Origin: Gracilinanus agilis
Lineage: Eukaryota
Direction of reading: 5' to 3'
DNA length: 64,000 nucleotides
Assembly: GCF_016433145.1 (NCBI RefSeq)
Contig: NC_058135.1
Location: 276,142,426 to 276,206,425 of the forward strand
Of the stretch, positions 10,801 through 23,959 are shown in pieces. The notes beneath the pieces are model-generated. The model ran no database searches and had not been told where the DNA came from. It saw only the letters and a program-made list of their open reading frames with translations. The first letter of the stretch is position 1. Each line of letters starts with the position of its first letter. The position numbers and the translations under genes were made by a program.

Positions 10801-13800
10801 AGCACTTCTATTTTACACAAAAGTGCCATTTTACTCTGAGTCTATATTTTCTATGCTTTACAAAGCTTATCATTTTATAATCTATGTTATAAGATCACTT
10901 TCATTTCATCATTTTGGAGGAGGTGCTTTCTACCTCTAATCATCTATTATGTTTGGATTCCATACAGAAGCAGAAGATATCAATATGATAAATGATCCTC
11001 ACTAACTTAACACTCTGATGCTTCAGAGTGACAAGGAGGTTATGCTGTGACTCAGGTTCTGTGTCAGCAGAGTTCAGTCTCTTTGAGATCCTTCAGAATC
11101 ATAAAGTCTTGGTGTATTTCCATCTCCTTTAGTATTATTTGTCATTCTATTTAACCAAGGAACCATATAGGGGAGTGTGGAAAGACTCCTTTTTGGGGGC
11201 TGCTGGGACACAAATTTGACTCTTTTTGAAGCTGTAGGTTAGATATGATCTGTTAGAGGTTAAATCTATAAAATCACAGACTTGTAGAATAATTTAAGCA
11301 TACTATTTAACATAAAACAATTAGATCTTGCTAGAGGATAAATTAGAGTAGTAAGTGAAGGAAAATGAGAAATCTTGCCTAGTTAAAGGGGGACATATCA
11401 CTATATGTGATCTATATATAGTAAGCTGCATTTCAGTTTTTCAAGAAAATATCTATCTATATTAGTATTATTACATCTTATTTTTATTGTTTTTTCCTAT
11501 TCCTTAATTTCAAAAGATAAAAAAAGGTTATCAAAAACAATGAGACCAAAACATTAATCAGTCAACAAGCATTAATTTTATATTTACCCTATACCAGTTA
11601 GTACTAATTTTCTGATTGTGAACAATAGGCGTCTTCCCTTCAATTAAGAATAATTACATTAGCTCACTCTGATCCACTCATCTATTACTTTTCAATTAAC
11701 AGAGACCTGTCCTAGAAGAATACTATGATATAGGCAGTACGAATAAAATTTGTCATATGAAAAAGAAATAAAAGGAGAAGTCAAATGATATGGCCCCAGT
11801 TACAGCACAATTAAAGGACTTAACAGAAACAAAATGCTACATTTTCTGATAAAGTCCCTGGAAAGTGTTTCCCTGAACCTCTCAGGGGAGATAAAGTTTA
11901 AGAAGTAGGGATCTGAAAAAAAATATACAAGATGTATTTTTATGAGATTAATCTGTATTATAAACATATTCTCTATTAAGTTATAAGTTAGGCTATCAAC
12001 AAAATATTAAATAAAATGTTTACAGTATATATTGAAATTTGAGTTATAAATGCTAACAATGAAAATTTAACAGTTGAAAATAATGAACAGGTGTAAGTGG
12101 GCTCCAGCACCCCTCTGAAGCTTTCTCTCATCAGTGAATCCAGTTTTCTTTATTCAGGAAGAAAACAAGTGGTCAAGTTTAACTTTCCATTCTGGACTCC
12201 CTGGTACCATTTTTTTCAGTGTTCTTTAGGGGTCTCCAGGCACCCTCTGTTTGGCTTTTGCTTCATGTTGTAATGCCCAGAAAATGACATTTTCCTTTGT
12301 GTAGTTGTTTGTACAATGACTTTAGGATTATTTTTTGTTTAGAGTTGATACTAAGAGAAATTCAAAACATTGACATATATTGTATTACAGGTAACTCACT
12401 AAAAAATGGAAATATAAATACCCAGAAAGAAAATAGTCCTTGTCCCCAGAAAACTAGCATTCTGATGACAGTCTCTATACATTGCTTTTTGTTTAGCTAA
12501 TGTCCCTAAAATTTATTCCTTTATGAATGACCTTTTAATGAAATCTGTCAAGGAAAAAAGTCTCAATGGATTAGCTTCCATCAATCAATTATTCAATAAT
12601 CCAATAGCAGTTCAGTAAACATGTATTAAATAACTACTTAAGCAAGGTCCAAATTCAAGTGTCCTCTCCTGGAGGAACTTATATTCTACTAAAAAGATGT
12701 AGCATACAATATGAAGACCTAGCACTTGAATAATGCTTTAAAGATTATGAAGAACTTACTTCAGTATGATGAAATATTTTATTATAAAAACTCTTTAAGG
12801 TAAGCAGTATACTTATCTTCATTTTATAGATGAGCAAACAGAAATTAAGCAATATATGATCAAACAACAAGTAAGTTTCTATGGCAGGATTTGAATTGAT
12901 GTCATCCTGAGTTCAAAGTCACAGTCTCTTTTTGAAGATTCCTAAGATCTCTGATAGTGATAAATATATAACCTTATTCTTTTAAATAATCTGAGCAGTG
13001 TGATAAAAGTAATAGAACGTCAACTTTTGCAGCCAGGAAACCCTGGGTTCTAGTGTAGCATCTGTTACATACTGATTGTTTGACATTAGTAAATCATTTT
13101 TCCTCTTTCTAGGCAACTCTAAAAAATAGATGTTGTTTTGTGTTGTTGGAAAGATTTTCCTCATGAATTATTCCCTATTCCAGTGGAATCACAGATCTAC
13201 ACATTTCCCCTTTCCTATTAATCTATTAATTGCCACAGTCAATAAAGGTGAGAATAAATATTTGAATTCAGTTCTCTGACACTAAATCCAGTGGACTTAC
13301 CCACCATACTTTACACATATCTACATAGTGCAATTGAGAATACTCTCAGCCTTTAGAGAGCTAAATAATTTAAATACACAATAGAGATTCAGAATCCAAC
13401 CTTGTCTAGCTTAAGATGAAAAATTTACTAAAGAATTTTCTTGGTCATGACTTCTTACACTCCATAGATCCCAACTATCTCTTCTTTCTTCTTCTTAATA
13501 ACTATAATTTATATAGTGGTTTAATATTTATAAAGTTTTTACAAATATCTCATTCTATCATCATAATAGCATGGGAGGTAGGTACTATCATTATACACAT
13601 TTTACATTTGAGATTATTGAAGTATACAATAAAAAAATTGGCCAGGGACACAGAACTGGAAAGTCTTTGGATTCAGTTGATCCGAGATTTTCCTAACTCC
13701 TTATGCAGTATGCTATCCACTTTGCCACTTAGATGACTATCAGTGAATTTTTATTATTTTTTGGAAATATTTGAATTCCCCTTGAGAAATTTACTATAAA

Positions 13801-14381
13801 CATAATGAATTTTTTATCTTTGCATTGTCTGTACATACTCCTGTCATTTTCATACTTTGGTGCACTGATTAGACAAGGTGAATAGAATGCTGGATTTAAG
13901 TTAGAAACACTTGGGTTAAAATGCTACATCTGACTTAAAATTAAGTTCATGACAATGGATAAGTTATTTGAATTATCTGGGCTTCAGTTTCCTTATCTTT
14001 AAATGGGGCTATCCATAATAGTGGTACAAGTTTAAAAAAAATTTGGAAGGATCAAAGGAGGTAAATATTGAGATTGCAGTGAATGTTAAAAGACCATATA
14101 AATATTAGTCATCATTATTTCATTAGAACTTGAACTTTCAGATAAACTAAATTAGTGTTTCTTTGACACCATTGTTGAACATCATTTAAGACTTTCCCCT
14201 AAATATTGACAAGCAAGGAAGAGGAAGTGATTTGTTGATGAAACAAGAAAGACATTCTTATTTGTCTATTCATTTTCACAGAGGTGAGATAGAAGGAATT
14301 CTGGGACTATCCAATCACACACACCTCAACTGAAAACCCCACCTACTATTCATCTCATTAGTGAAGTTCTTCCCAACTGAG

Positions 14382-15320
14382 ATGTCTGAAAGAAATTATA
14401 CTGCACCAACTGAATTTGTTTTCGTTGGCTTCACAGATTATCTACCAGTCAGGATCATTCTCTTTCTTTTGTTTTTGGCCATCTATGTTTTGACCTTGTT
14501 GGGGAACATTGGTTTAATAATCTTGGTCAATATTGATTCTAATCTTCAAACTCCCATGTATTATTTTCTCAGTAATCTCTCTTTTCTAGATATTAGTTAT
14601 TCCACAGCCATAGCTCCCAAGATGCTGGCAGACTTCTTAGCTTCTAGGAAGAATATTTCTCTGTATGGCTGTGCCCTTCAGATGTACTTCTTTGCATGTT
14701 TTGCTGATGCAGAGTGCCTTATTCTAGCTGCAATGGCCTTTGATCGCTATGCAGCTATCTGTAACCCATTGATTTATTCAACACTTATGTCCAGAAAAGT
14801 GTGTGTTTGCTTTGTTGTCTTGGCTTATGTCAGTGGAAGCATGACTTCACTGGTTCATGTATGCCTGGCCTTCAGGTTGCCATTCTGCAGATCCCATGTC
14901 ATTAATCACTTTTTTTGTGACATACCACCATTACTAGCTTTGTCTTGTGCCAGCACCTCCCTCAATGAACTTTTGCTTTTTGCTTTGTGTGGCTTCATCC
15001 AGACTACCACCTTTGTGATCATTTTCATTTCTTACTTCTGTATTCTCATTACAGTCCTGAGCATCAAATCTTCTGGAGGGAGAAGTAAGACTTTTTCCAC
15101 TTGTGCTTCACACTTAATAGCTGTAGCTTTATTCTATGGGACACTTCTGTTCATGTATTTACGTCCTAGCAACAAATACTCCCCAGACACAGATAAAGTA
15201 GTTGCTGTTTTTTATACTGTAGTCTTTCCCATGTTTAACCCTATTATATACAGTCTGAGAAACAAAGATGTGAAAAATGCACTGAAAAAAATGTTAGACA
15301 GAATATCTCCAAATCAATAG
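14382..15320 (+). CDS. OR5AS1: Olfactory receptor, family 5, OR5AS1 orthologue (312 aa)
   Basis: Intact ORF with OR motifs: N-glycosylation [58 protein letters not shown]. Matches recalled human OR5AS1 stretches ([55 protein letters not shown]). The ORF track starts at a GTG (14361); the ATG at 14382 gives the canonical OR N-terminus. Confidence 0.92.
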   Translation: MSERNYTAPTEFVFVGFTDYLPVRIILFLLFLAIYVLTLLGNIGLIILVNIDSNLQTPMYYFLSNLSFLDISYSTAIAPKMLADFLASRKNISLYGCALQMYFFACFADAECLILAAMAFDRYAAICNPLIYSTLMSRKVCVCFVVLAYVSGSMTSLVHVCLAFRLPFCRSHVINHFFCDIPPLLALSCASTSLNELLLFALCGFIQTTTFVIIFISYFCILITVLSIKSSGGRSKTFSTCASHLIAVALFYGTLLFMYLRPSNKYSPDTDKVVAVFYTVVFPMFNPIIYSLRNKDVKNALKKMLDRISPNQ

Positions 15321-16888
15321 TTCCATGGCTTAAGGAATTTCACAATATCTTTGAATTGGAATGGATCCTAGAGAATATCCAGCCTAAAGAATAATTGTAT
15401 AACAATATGTTTTATTACACCCCAACAAATCATTATCAAATATTAACTTGAACTTTAGTCACATCACTACTACCTGAGAAATTACATTGTATTTTGATAT
15501 GGTTCTAAGCACTGAGGAAGTTTGGAAGAAAGAGTAATTATAATAAGGTCAAATTAGTTTACTATTGAATATATTTCTCAGACCCAAAGAGTTCCCCAGT
15601 AGGCAGGATATGACTTGCTTATTAAATAAGGGGGAAATGAAAAAAAAAATAAGTGCATTCAAAGATGATGTGAAACAATTCTTATAGAAGTGTATCATTT
15701 TTCACATAGTATGGTAAGTGTTGGGATATTAATATACTATTATTCATAATTGCACAATTAGCTTCATGGCTCATTGGTCCAGAGTTTGAAATTTTATTGT
15801 ACCATACCTAGGGCAGTAATCCCCAGTAATAGAAATAGTTAGAGGAAAGTGAAAGAAATATTAATTTATTTTAAGAATTAAGAGAGGCAGCATTGAATAG
15901 TGAGTAGAGACCTAATACCAGAAGTCATAAACCTGAGTTCAAGTCATTCATTTGACACAGAGTTTATCAAATGGCCAGCCTATTATTGAAAATGAAAATT
16001 TTCATTTCAACCCTTTTGTATATATTAATAGGCTCTGTGTTTTCAGGAAAAATACCAATTGATTTTTATTGTGTGATTTCAAAAAGTAACATATCATACA
16101 ATGATCAAAGGAATTCTAAATGACAGTCATTGGCATAATATGGTCATATCTGACTCATCAATTTTTTGTCAGGATGTCTTATTTCATGAGATCACTTGAT
16201 TCTTCCCCTCCCTTAATCACTCCTAAAAAAAGGTCAAGAATAGGAAATCAACTAAATATTCTTTAATGATGAACATATTTATTGGTTCCAAATTATACAT
16301 AAGTGTCAGTGATATAAACGCAAATTAAAACCAAGCCCCTGGCCTCATGAAGCTTAAAATCTAGTAGGGCCTTACTTAAATACTGGTAATTTTAACTCAA
16401 CCAAAAAAAATTATCATGCTATCAAAACTCCTAGAACAGAAGAGGAGGCAAAAAGGGAGAAAGAAAAAAATGAAGGAAGGAAAGGAAAAAAATAAGAAAG
16501 TGTGAAGGAAACTATAAAAGGCAGTATTAATGAAGTAATGATGGAAAGAAGGGAAAGAGGGAGGAAGAAGAGAAGTAAGAAGAATATGGAAGGAGAGAGA
16601 GAATGGGAATTTGATAGAGGTTTAAACCAATCAATCAAATAAACACATTCATTAAGCACTTAATATTTGCCTGGCACTGGGAATACAAAGACAATTAAAA
16701 AAAATAGTCCCTAGAACAGGGACCATAATCTTGTGTTTTGCTGGGAGGGGAAACAAATCCATATATACAAATAGATACAGAATAAATTAAAAATAAATGC
16801 AAGATTCTCTAGGGCAATGAAGAATGGCTTTATTAGAAGATTGTTCTTTTACTAATTCTTGAAAATATCATCTCACATCCTTAAGACT

Positions 16889-17715
16889 TGGCTAACATGC
16901 CAAAAAAGGAAAATATTAGAGGGGATGTGGAAAAGCTGGGATACTTAATACATTGCAGGTGGAGCTTCAAATTGATACAACCATTCTGGAGAGCAATGTG
17001 GAACCATTCTCACAGGTCCATAAAACTAGCCATACTCTTTGACCCAGCAATACCCCAACTAGGTCGTTATCCCAAAGATATTAAATGTAAGGATAAAAAA
17101 AACTTACCTGTGCAAAAAATATATTTATAGCAGTTCCTTCTGTGGTAGCAAAGAACTGGAAACTAAAGGTATATACATCAATTGGGGAATGGCTGGACAA
17201 GTTGTAGTATATGCTTGCAATGTAATACTATTTGTCATAAGAAATGATGATAAAATAACAAAAGAAAAACAGGACTTAAATAAAATGAAGCAAAATGAAG
17301 TGAGCAAAATTAGAAGGATATCATACAAAGAAACAACAAAAATGATTCATGATCGACATGATGACAACTATTATCAACAAGTCAAGGATCCAGGACTTCA
17401 AGAGACTCATGACAAAAAAAAATATCTACTGCCACAGAAGGAACAGAATGCAAATTGAAACATACAATTTTTACTTTATTTTCTTCATGAATTTTTGTCT
17501 AGTGTAAGCATATCTGTGTCTTCTTTCATGACATGATGAACATGGAAATATGTATTATATGATAATATATGTACAACCTGTATCATATTACCTGCCATCT
17601 TGGGGAGGAGAAGAAGATGGGAGAGAAAGAGAGATATCACAGATTACAGAATATCAGAAAATGGAAATTAAGAAGTAGTATTGGCATATGATGTGGAAAA
17701 AATAAAATTTATTTA
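16889..17715 (+). mobile_element. L1 3' end (ORF2 C-terminus + 3'UTR)
   Basis: ORF 16888-17130 translates to L1 C-terminal sequence (LIHCRW, PFW, FDPAIPQLGRYPK); A-rich tail near 17700. Confidence 0.85.
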
Positions 17716-19724
17716 AAAATGCTGGGGAGGTGTGAAAAGTAACATTATCATTTTCCTTGTAATTGATTGGTGGCAAAAGTTACACTGTGAGACATATGCT
17801 GTTTTTCATTGTTCGAGTTCCTCTGAGTACTAAATTTATTATGCTTTCAAGGGTGATTATTGGATTAATATTTCATAGCAAATATATGCTCTTTATTGAA
17901 TCTGTGTCAAGGAATTAAGCAGAGGCAATCTTAAAATTTTGTCAGTTATCTCATGATACCACACATTTTATATCATGAGATAACTGAGTATGTGATTCCT
18001 GATTACTGGAAGACTTGTGGTCTAGGAAAAACTTACTTTTTCAGATTGGTGGAAAATGGATTGGATTGGAGAGAGTCTTGAAGGATGAAAACCAATCAGG
18101 AAATTATTGTAATACTTAAGGTGAGACAAGACAAAGATCTGAATTAAGATGAAATTTATTTGAGCATTATGAAGGCAATCAATATGAGTAATGTTTTGAA
18201 AGTAAACATATTTTCTGTCTTCATCCAAGAGTTCAAAATAAATCACTCTGCAAGCAATTGTAAGTCTTATTAAATGACATCAAGTAGGAAAATCATACAA
18301 TTTCTTAATCATAGAGGCCATGAGAGCTTCTAATCCAACCCATATCTCAGGTAGAATTCTTTCCACAAAAATCAGAGTAGATAATTGGCTCTTCAATCTA
18401 TATTTGAAGACTTAGAGTGATTGGGAGCCACATCTGAAGAAATTAATATATTTCCCTTTTTACATTCTTTATACTGTAATAATATAATTTTAGTCTGATG
18501 CCTCTATAAAGGTAATTGCATATTTCTTACACTATTCTCATTTAAGATAAATTACCTTTGCTATTTCAACTTTGTGGAAGAGAAAGTCTGTTTTGATTTG
18601 TAGAAATTACATAAAATAAGTAAACGTGTTGGAATTTGGACAGTTGAGAGCAAGGGAGAGAGATAGAAGCCTTTAAGTCATGATCCTGAAAAAGAATAAC
18701 AAGGGAAGGAAATATCATATCTTGGCCTTGGACTTTATGTTAGCAGGAGGAATTTCAGACCATAGAAGATTTTCATCTATTTTTAGCAGTACCTCTGCAA
18801 CAGTAGTGGTCATGCAGTATCTGCAATGGGTGCAAAATACAATTCAGAAAAACAGAGGAAAGTAGTAGTCAGGATTCTATAAGGAACACAATAGAAAAGG
18901 TACACCTGTGTCTCAGGGAAACTCCATGAGTAATCCATGAAGGGGAGAAAAAGCCTTATAGATATAATAGTGAACAATAAGTTATCCTTTGATACATGAG
19001 CTCTGTAAAGGTTGTGCTTACATTCTCTTGTAATCTGCAGGTAATTATGGGAGAGTATGTCACAGACTTTAGCAAAGAACATTTTAGATGAAGTGTACTA
19101 TTGAAATAAATATTTAATTCTTAGTCAAGTTCATTAAATTGTTCTAACTAACTGCTATTATGTGATAATCATGGTGAGAGTACAGAGTTGTAGACTTCTG
19201 AGCTATAGAATTCGAAAGACTAACTCTAGCAATTTCCCTAAAATTCTGAAAAAGAAATATAGAAAACAAAATCTGGAGCTCATCTGCCAATATATAAATG
19301 GAGCTTGAAGAGAGTGAATCTAGGCAGGAATTCTTGATCTAGACTAAGAGTGTAATATATGAAGTGCTCCAAAATTTGAAGAGGAAAAAATTATATGTTG
19401 CTAGCTGAAATTTAGTATTTGCTTCAAATATGAATGTAACCAACAGGTATTCTGAGAAGAGGTCTATAGGCTTCACTAGGCTGCCATAAAAGACCATGAT
19501 ATTATTTTATTTTATTTTTAATTTTTTTCAGTTTCCAACATTTTATTTTTTTTTGAATATTTTACCCTAGTTACATATTTCATGTCATGATTTTAAAAAT
19601 ATCACCAATCACCAATTTAGAACATGTACTATACCTAATAAAGGGGAATCCATTTGTTGAAGGTTAGGTTTAAAAAGCAGAGCCTCTGACAGGTCCTAGA
19701 AAGTTTGATTGTCTTTATTTTTTT

Positions 19725-19917
19725 AAACCCTTACCTTCTGTCTTAATATCAATACTAAGTATTGGTTCCAAAGCAGAATAGTTGTAAGGGCTAGGCAATG
19801 GGAGTCAAGTGACTTGCCCAGGGTCACACAGCTAGGAATTATCTGAGGCCACATCTGAACCCAGGACCTCCCATCTCTGGGCCTGGCTCTCAATCCACTG
19901 AGCTACCCAGCTGCCCC
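19725..19917 (-). mobile_element. Didelphid SINE
   Basis: Full-length antisense copy ending in ccactgagctacccagctgcccc. Confidence 0.85.
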
Positions 19918-20039
19918 ATAATTATCTTTAAATATGTATCAGGATCTCATTACTTCTCACATGGATTACTATGTTAGCCTTTTTAAACTAGTTTCTCTGC
20001 CTCATGAGCCACTAACCAAAATTCATCTGCCACTTAGAG

Positions 20040-20600
20040 ACTAAGGTGAATTGGCCTCCCAGTGATTGATTGGTTAGTTTGGGAATATCTTTTGACTCAA
20101 ACAGAAATTAGATTGAAGGAAAGCAGTAATATGAAGTCATTGGCTCTTCACCCTCTCTTCCAGTCATCAAAATTCAGTGGAAAATCAAAAGTCAAGATGG
20201 TTGGTAATGGCTCAGGAGACAGGAGATGATCTTGGTGTCTTCTATGTCTAAACAGGATCAAAGTACTCCACAGTGCCTCCTTCTACTATTCTCATAGTAC
20301 ATTTGAACAAATTGTTCACATCTGCCTATTCTGACAGGTTAGTCTTCACATGTCTTGAGTCACACTTCCATAATTCACTGATAAGTTTGAGGTCTGTTGG
20401 TTACCTCCAACTTGGTTTAGCCTATCAGCAAAAGGATTCACTGTACGGGGTGAGGGTGGCTATTGTGCATGCTATGGCTTTTGGGAGCCACAGATGAGAG
20501 CTGAGAGTCAGATGGACAGCAAGTAAGAAAATATCCATGTAAAGAACGGCTTGGCCAGTCTTCAAATCAGAGGTATTAGTCTTCTTTGAACACCCTGTAC
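20040..20600 (+). mobile_element. Marsupial RTE-related interspersed repeat
   Basis: ctctcttccagtcatc...aaaagtcaagatgg...gatcttggtgtctt is the reverse complement of the 7250-7625 copy. Confidence 0.55.
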
Positions 20601-20629
20601 ACTCCATTTTCCAGAAGCAAAGATAAGAT

Positions 20630-21500
20630 GGCAGAGTAAAGCAAGCAAGTAAGCTCTCAACATTTTCCTCCAAAAATCTTTAAAATAATACCTCAAAACA
20701 ATTTCTGGAGAAGAGCCAACAAAAGGTCAGGGTGAGATATTTTTCTAGCTTAAGAAAACATAGGAAATCAGAAGGAAAAGTCTTGCTGTTAGAGTGGGAG
20801 TCAGTACACTCTCTCCCAGAAGCAACACTAAGAAATTTGGATGTGGCAATAGCATCAGAAAGAGAAAAAGGAAAAGAACAAATATGTTCTAAAATATTAA
20901 CTGCAGTTCCTTTTGTGGTGGCAAAGAACTGGAAATTGAGATAATGGCTATCGACTGGGGAATTACCAAATAAGTTATGGCATATGTTTGTGACAGATTA
21001 CCACTGAGTAATAAGAAATGATGATCAGGTTCATTTTTTTAATGGTAAGACATTATATTGTGAAAAGTGAAATGAGCAGAATAAGGGAACATTATATACA
21101 GCCACATAAAATTTGAATAATTATGAATGTCCACCTTCAGAGAAAAATCTGGAAATTAGAAACATGCATTGAATAGTTTTGCAAATTTACACACCTTTGC
21201 ATACATACAATTGTATATTCATTAGTTTTACATATATGCAAATAAATTTGTAAATTATAAATGCTTACTTATATCTAAAATTAGTGAATATATTGGTGTA
21301 TGTATGCATATAATGTGTATGTGCATGCATATATGTGTATGTATATATTTGTTGATGGATATATAATTATATGTAGTGATAAATATTTTTTATATATCTC
21401 TATATAGCTATGTCTATCTAGCTATTTATCTTGTGTCAAACCATGCCTTCTCTAAGGTAGAGAGGTTAAGAGGGATATATTTGGGACTTCAGTGTAACAG
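20630..21500 (+). mobile_element. L1 remnants: 5'UTR start joined to ORF2 C-terminus/3'UTR
   Basis: aagatggcagagtaa 5'UTR start; ICSKILTAVPFVVAKNWKLR in ORF 20732-20944. Confidence 0.65.
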
Positions 21501-21877
21501 ACTAATATATTTAAACTGAAAAAATAGATCTAAATATCATACACTATGACAGATATAATTTATACTAGAAATTAAGAACTGGCTTTAAGACAGGGAAATT
21601 ATAAGTATAATTGACTCAATAATTACAAGAAAATTCATATGATTAAGTCAATAGATGCCTACATTATCTTGGACAAAATAACACACTCATTTATATTAAA
21701 ATAACTAGAGAACATAGGAACAAATAAAATCTCTTAAAATGATGTTATATGTATAAAAAACAAAGACCAACATCATTTCAAATTGAGATGAACTGGTAGT
21801 CTCCTCAGTAAGATCAGGGATGAAAAAAGAATAACCATTATTATCATAACTCAATGTTGTTCTAAAATGTGAGTTAT

Positions 21878-22058
21878 GGGGTGGATCTAGGTGGCTCAGT
21901 GGATAGAGAGCCAGGCCTAGAGATGAGAGGTCCTCAATTCAAATATGGCCTCAGACACTTCCTACCTGTGTGACCCTGAGCAAGTCACTTAACCCCCATT
22001 GCCTCGCCCTTACCACTCTACCACGTAGGAGTCAATACACAGAAGTTAAGGGTTTAAA
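21878..22058 (+). mobile_element. Didelphid SINE inserted in L1
   Basis: ggtggctcagtggatagagagcc (A box), ttcaaat (B box), CORE-like gtgtgaccctgagcaagtcacttaac. Confidence 0.85.
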
Positions 22059-23899
22059 GACAACAACATTAAAATTTAATCCTCATATAAGTAGGTATGG
22101 GATTTAAAAAAAAATCAAACCTCAAATTTATCGGTGAATTATGGAATTATATTATATTAGAAAGTAAATTTTAAATAAAATAAATAAGACAAGGAAAGAG
22201 AAATTGATAGAATAAGAAAAATCAATGAGGAAACATAACTATCACTCTTTGTAGAGGACATCATGGTATACTTAGAAAATCCTACAGTATAAGCTGAAAA
22301 TCTAGTTCAAACAGTAAAGAACTTCACCAAAGTTTTGGGAATTAAAGTAAGCTTGAAGATAATATCAGCCTTTCTGTATATGAACAATAAAACCCAATAG
22401 TAAGAGATAAAAATTTAAATGCCATTTAAAATTTCTAAAAAAATGATAAAATACTTGGAAGTCTCTGTAAAAATAAACCCAGCAACTATATGAACACAAT
22501 TACAGAACACATTTCTCACAAATAAAAAATCTTTAAAATTGGAGAATGAATTGCTTTATTATTTAATAGGCCAAGCCATATCATGAAAATGAAAGTTATA
22601 TCTAAATTGATTTACTTTCTCAGTGCCAAACCAATAAATTTATGGAATTAGAGAAAAATCATAAAAACAATTCTAAGGATATGAAGAGAATCAATAAAAA
22701 ATGTAATGAAATGTAGGTTAGCAGTATTGCATCTCCAAATATTATAAAATCAACAATAATCAAAACAACCTAACACTAGTTATGAAATATATTTAAGGTT
22801 CAATGCAATTCATTAGGTATACAATATGCAGTAGTAAATGAACATTATAATCAAGCATTTGATAAACCCAGAGATTCAAGATTTTGGGCCTAGGACTCAC
22901 TATATGACAAAAATTGCTGTTGAAAAAAAAGATGGGTATAGATCCAACTTCTCACATCATATGCCATGATAAAGTAAAGATGGGAACAAAATTTCAACAT
23001 AAAGGGTAATATCGGAAATAAGTTAGGGGAACATGGGAGATTTTACTGATCAGATTTGTATATAAATGAGTACTTTATATCCAAAGCTAAGATACAGAAG
23101 GTCATAGGAAGTAAAATGGATTATTTTGATTACTCTCATTATTCAATCATTTCAGTCAAAACTGATTCTTCTTAACCTCATTTAGTGTTTTCTTGGCATA
23201 CAATGGAGTGGCTTGCATTTCCTTTGGTAGCTCGTTTTAGACATTATAAAACTGAGACAAATAGGGCTAATATCTCTGTCTGGGGTAATATCTCTGTCTG
23301 AAGCCAGATTTGAACTCAGGAAGATGAATATTCCTGATTCTGGGCCCAACATTCTACCCACTGTCCTACCTAACTGCCATAATTTTCATTATATAACATT
23401 TAAAAAATTTTACGTAAGAAAATCAATATTGCCAGTATTATGAGGAAAAAAGGAAACAGGGGGAAATTATAGCATGTTTCATCAATAAGGGATTAATTTC
23501 CCACAAATACAGGTAACTGTGTCAAAATTATAAACAGGAGCCAATACCCAATTCATAAATGGTGAAGAATATAAACAGGTAGTTTAGAATTCAAAAATAT
23601 CAAGAGTCACATAAAAATGTTCCATATTATTTTTGATTATAGAAATGCAAACTTTAAAAGTCTTAGATACCTTATCACACCTATCAGATTAGGTAACATA
23701 AAAAAGAAAATGAGAAACACTCGAAGTGATTTAAAAAATATGGTCAGCAATTCACTGTTGTTGGTGTTGTGAACTTGGGTAGCCATTTTGGAGAACAATG
23801 TGGACATATAGTCAAAGGTCTATAAAACTGTATATACCTTTTGTTTAGTAATATTTCCTGTAGGTCTCTATCCCAAAGAAATCAAAGAAAAGAGAAAAA

Positions 23900-23901
<2 letters not shown>

Positions 23902-23956
<55 letters not shown>
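23902..23956. repeat. (TC)n microsatellite
   Basis: Direct. Confidence 0.98.

Positions 23957-23959
<3 letters not shown>

Larger units (their letters stand above)
9945..14281 (+). other. Predicted 5'UTR intron of the OR5AS1-like gene
   Basis: Donor AAG|GTAAGTAT at 9945 (alternatives CAG|GTAAGG at 9940 and CAT|GTAAGT at 9694). Acceptor ttcattttcacAG ending at 14281 (alternative catctcattAG ending at 14361). Contains the assembly gap. Confidence 0.4.

Noticed and set aside
12529-12541. GACCTTTTAATGA, similar to the extended homeodomain 13-mer AACTTTTTAATGA of OR enhancers
   Set aside because: Two mismatches in AT-rich DNA next to L2 debris; expected by chance.
14361-14381. 7-aa N-terminal extension of OR5AS1 from the ORF track
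   Set aside because: Starts at GTG and overlaps a candidate splice acceptor; ATG 14382 gives the normal OR N-terminus.
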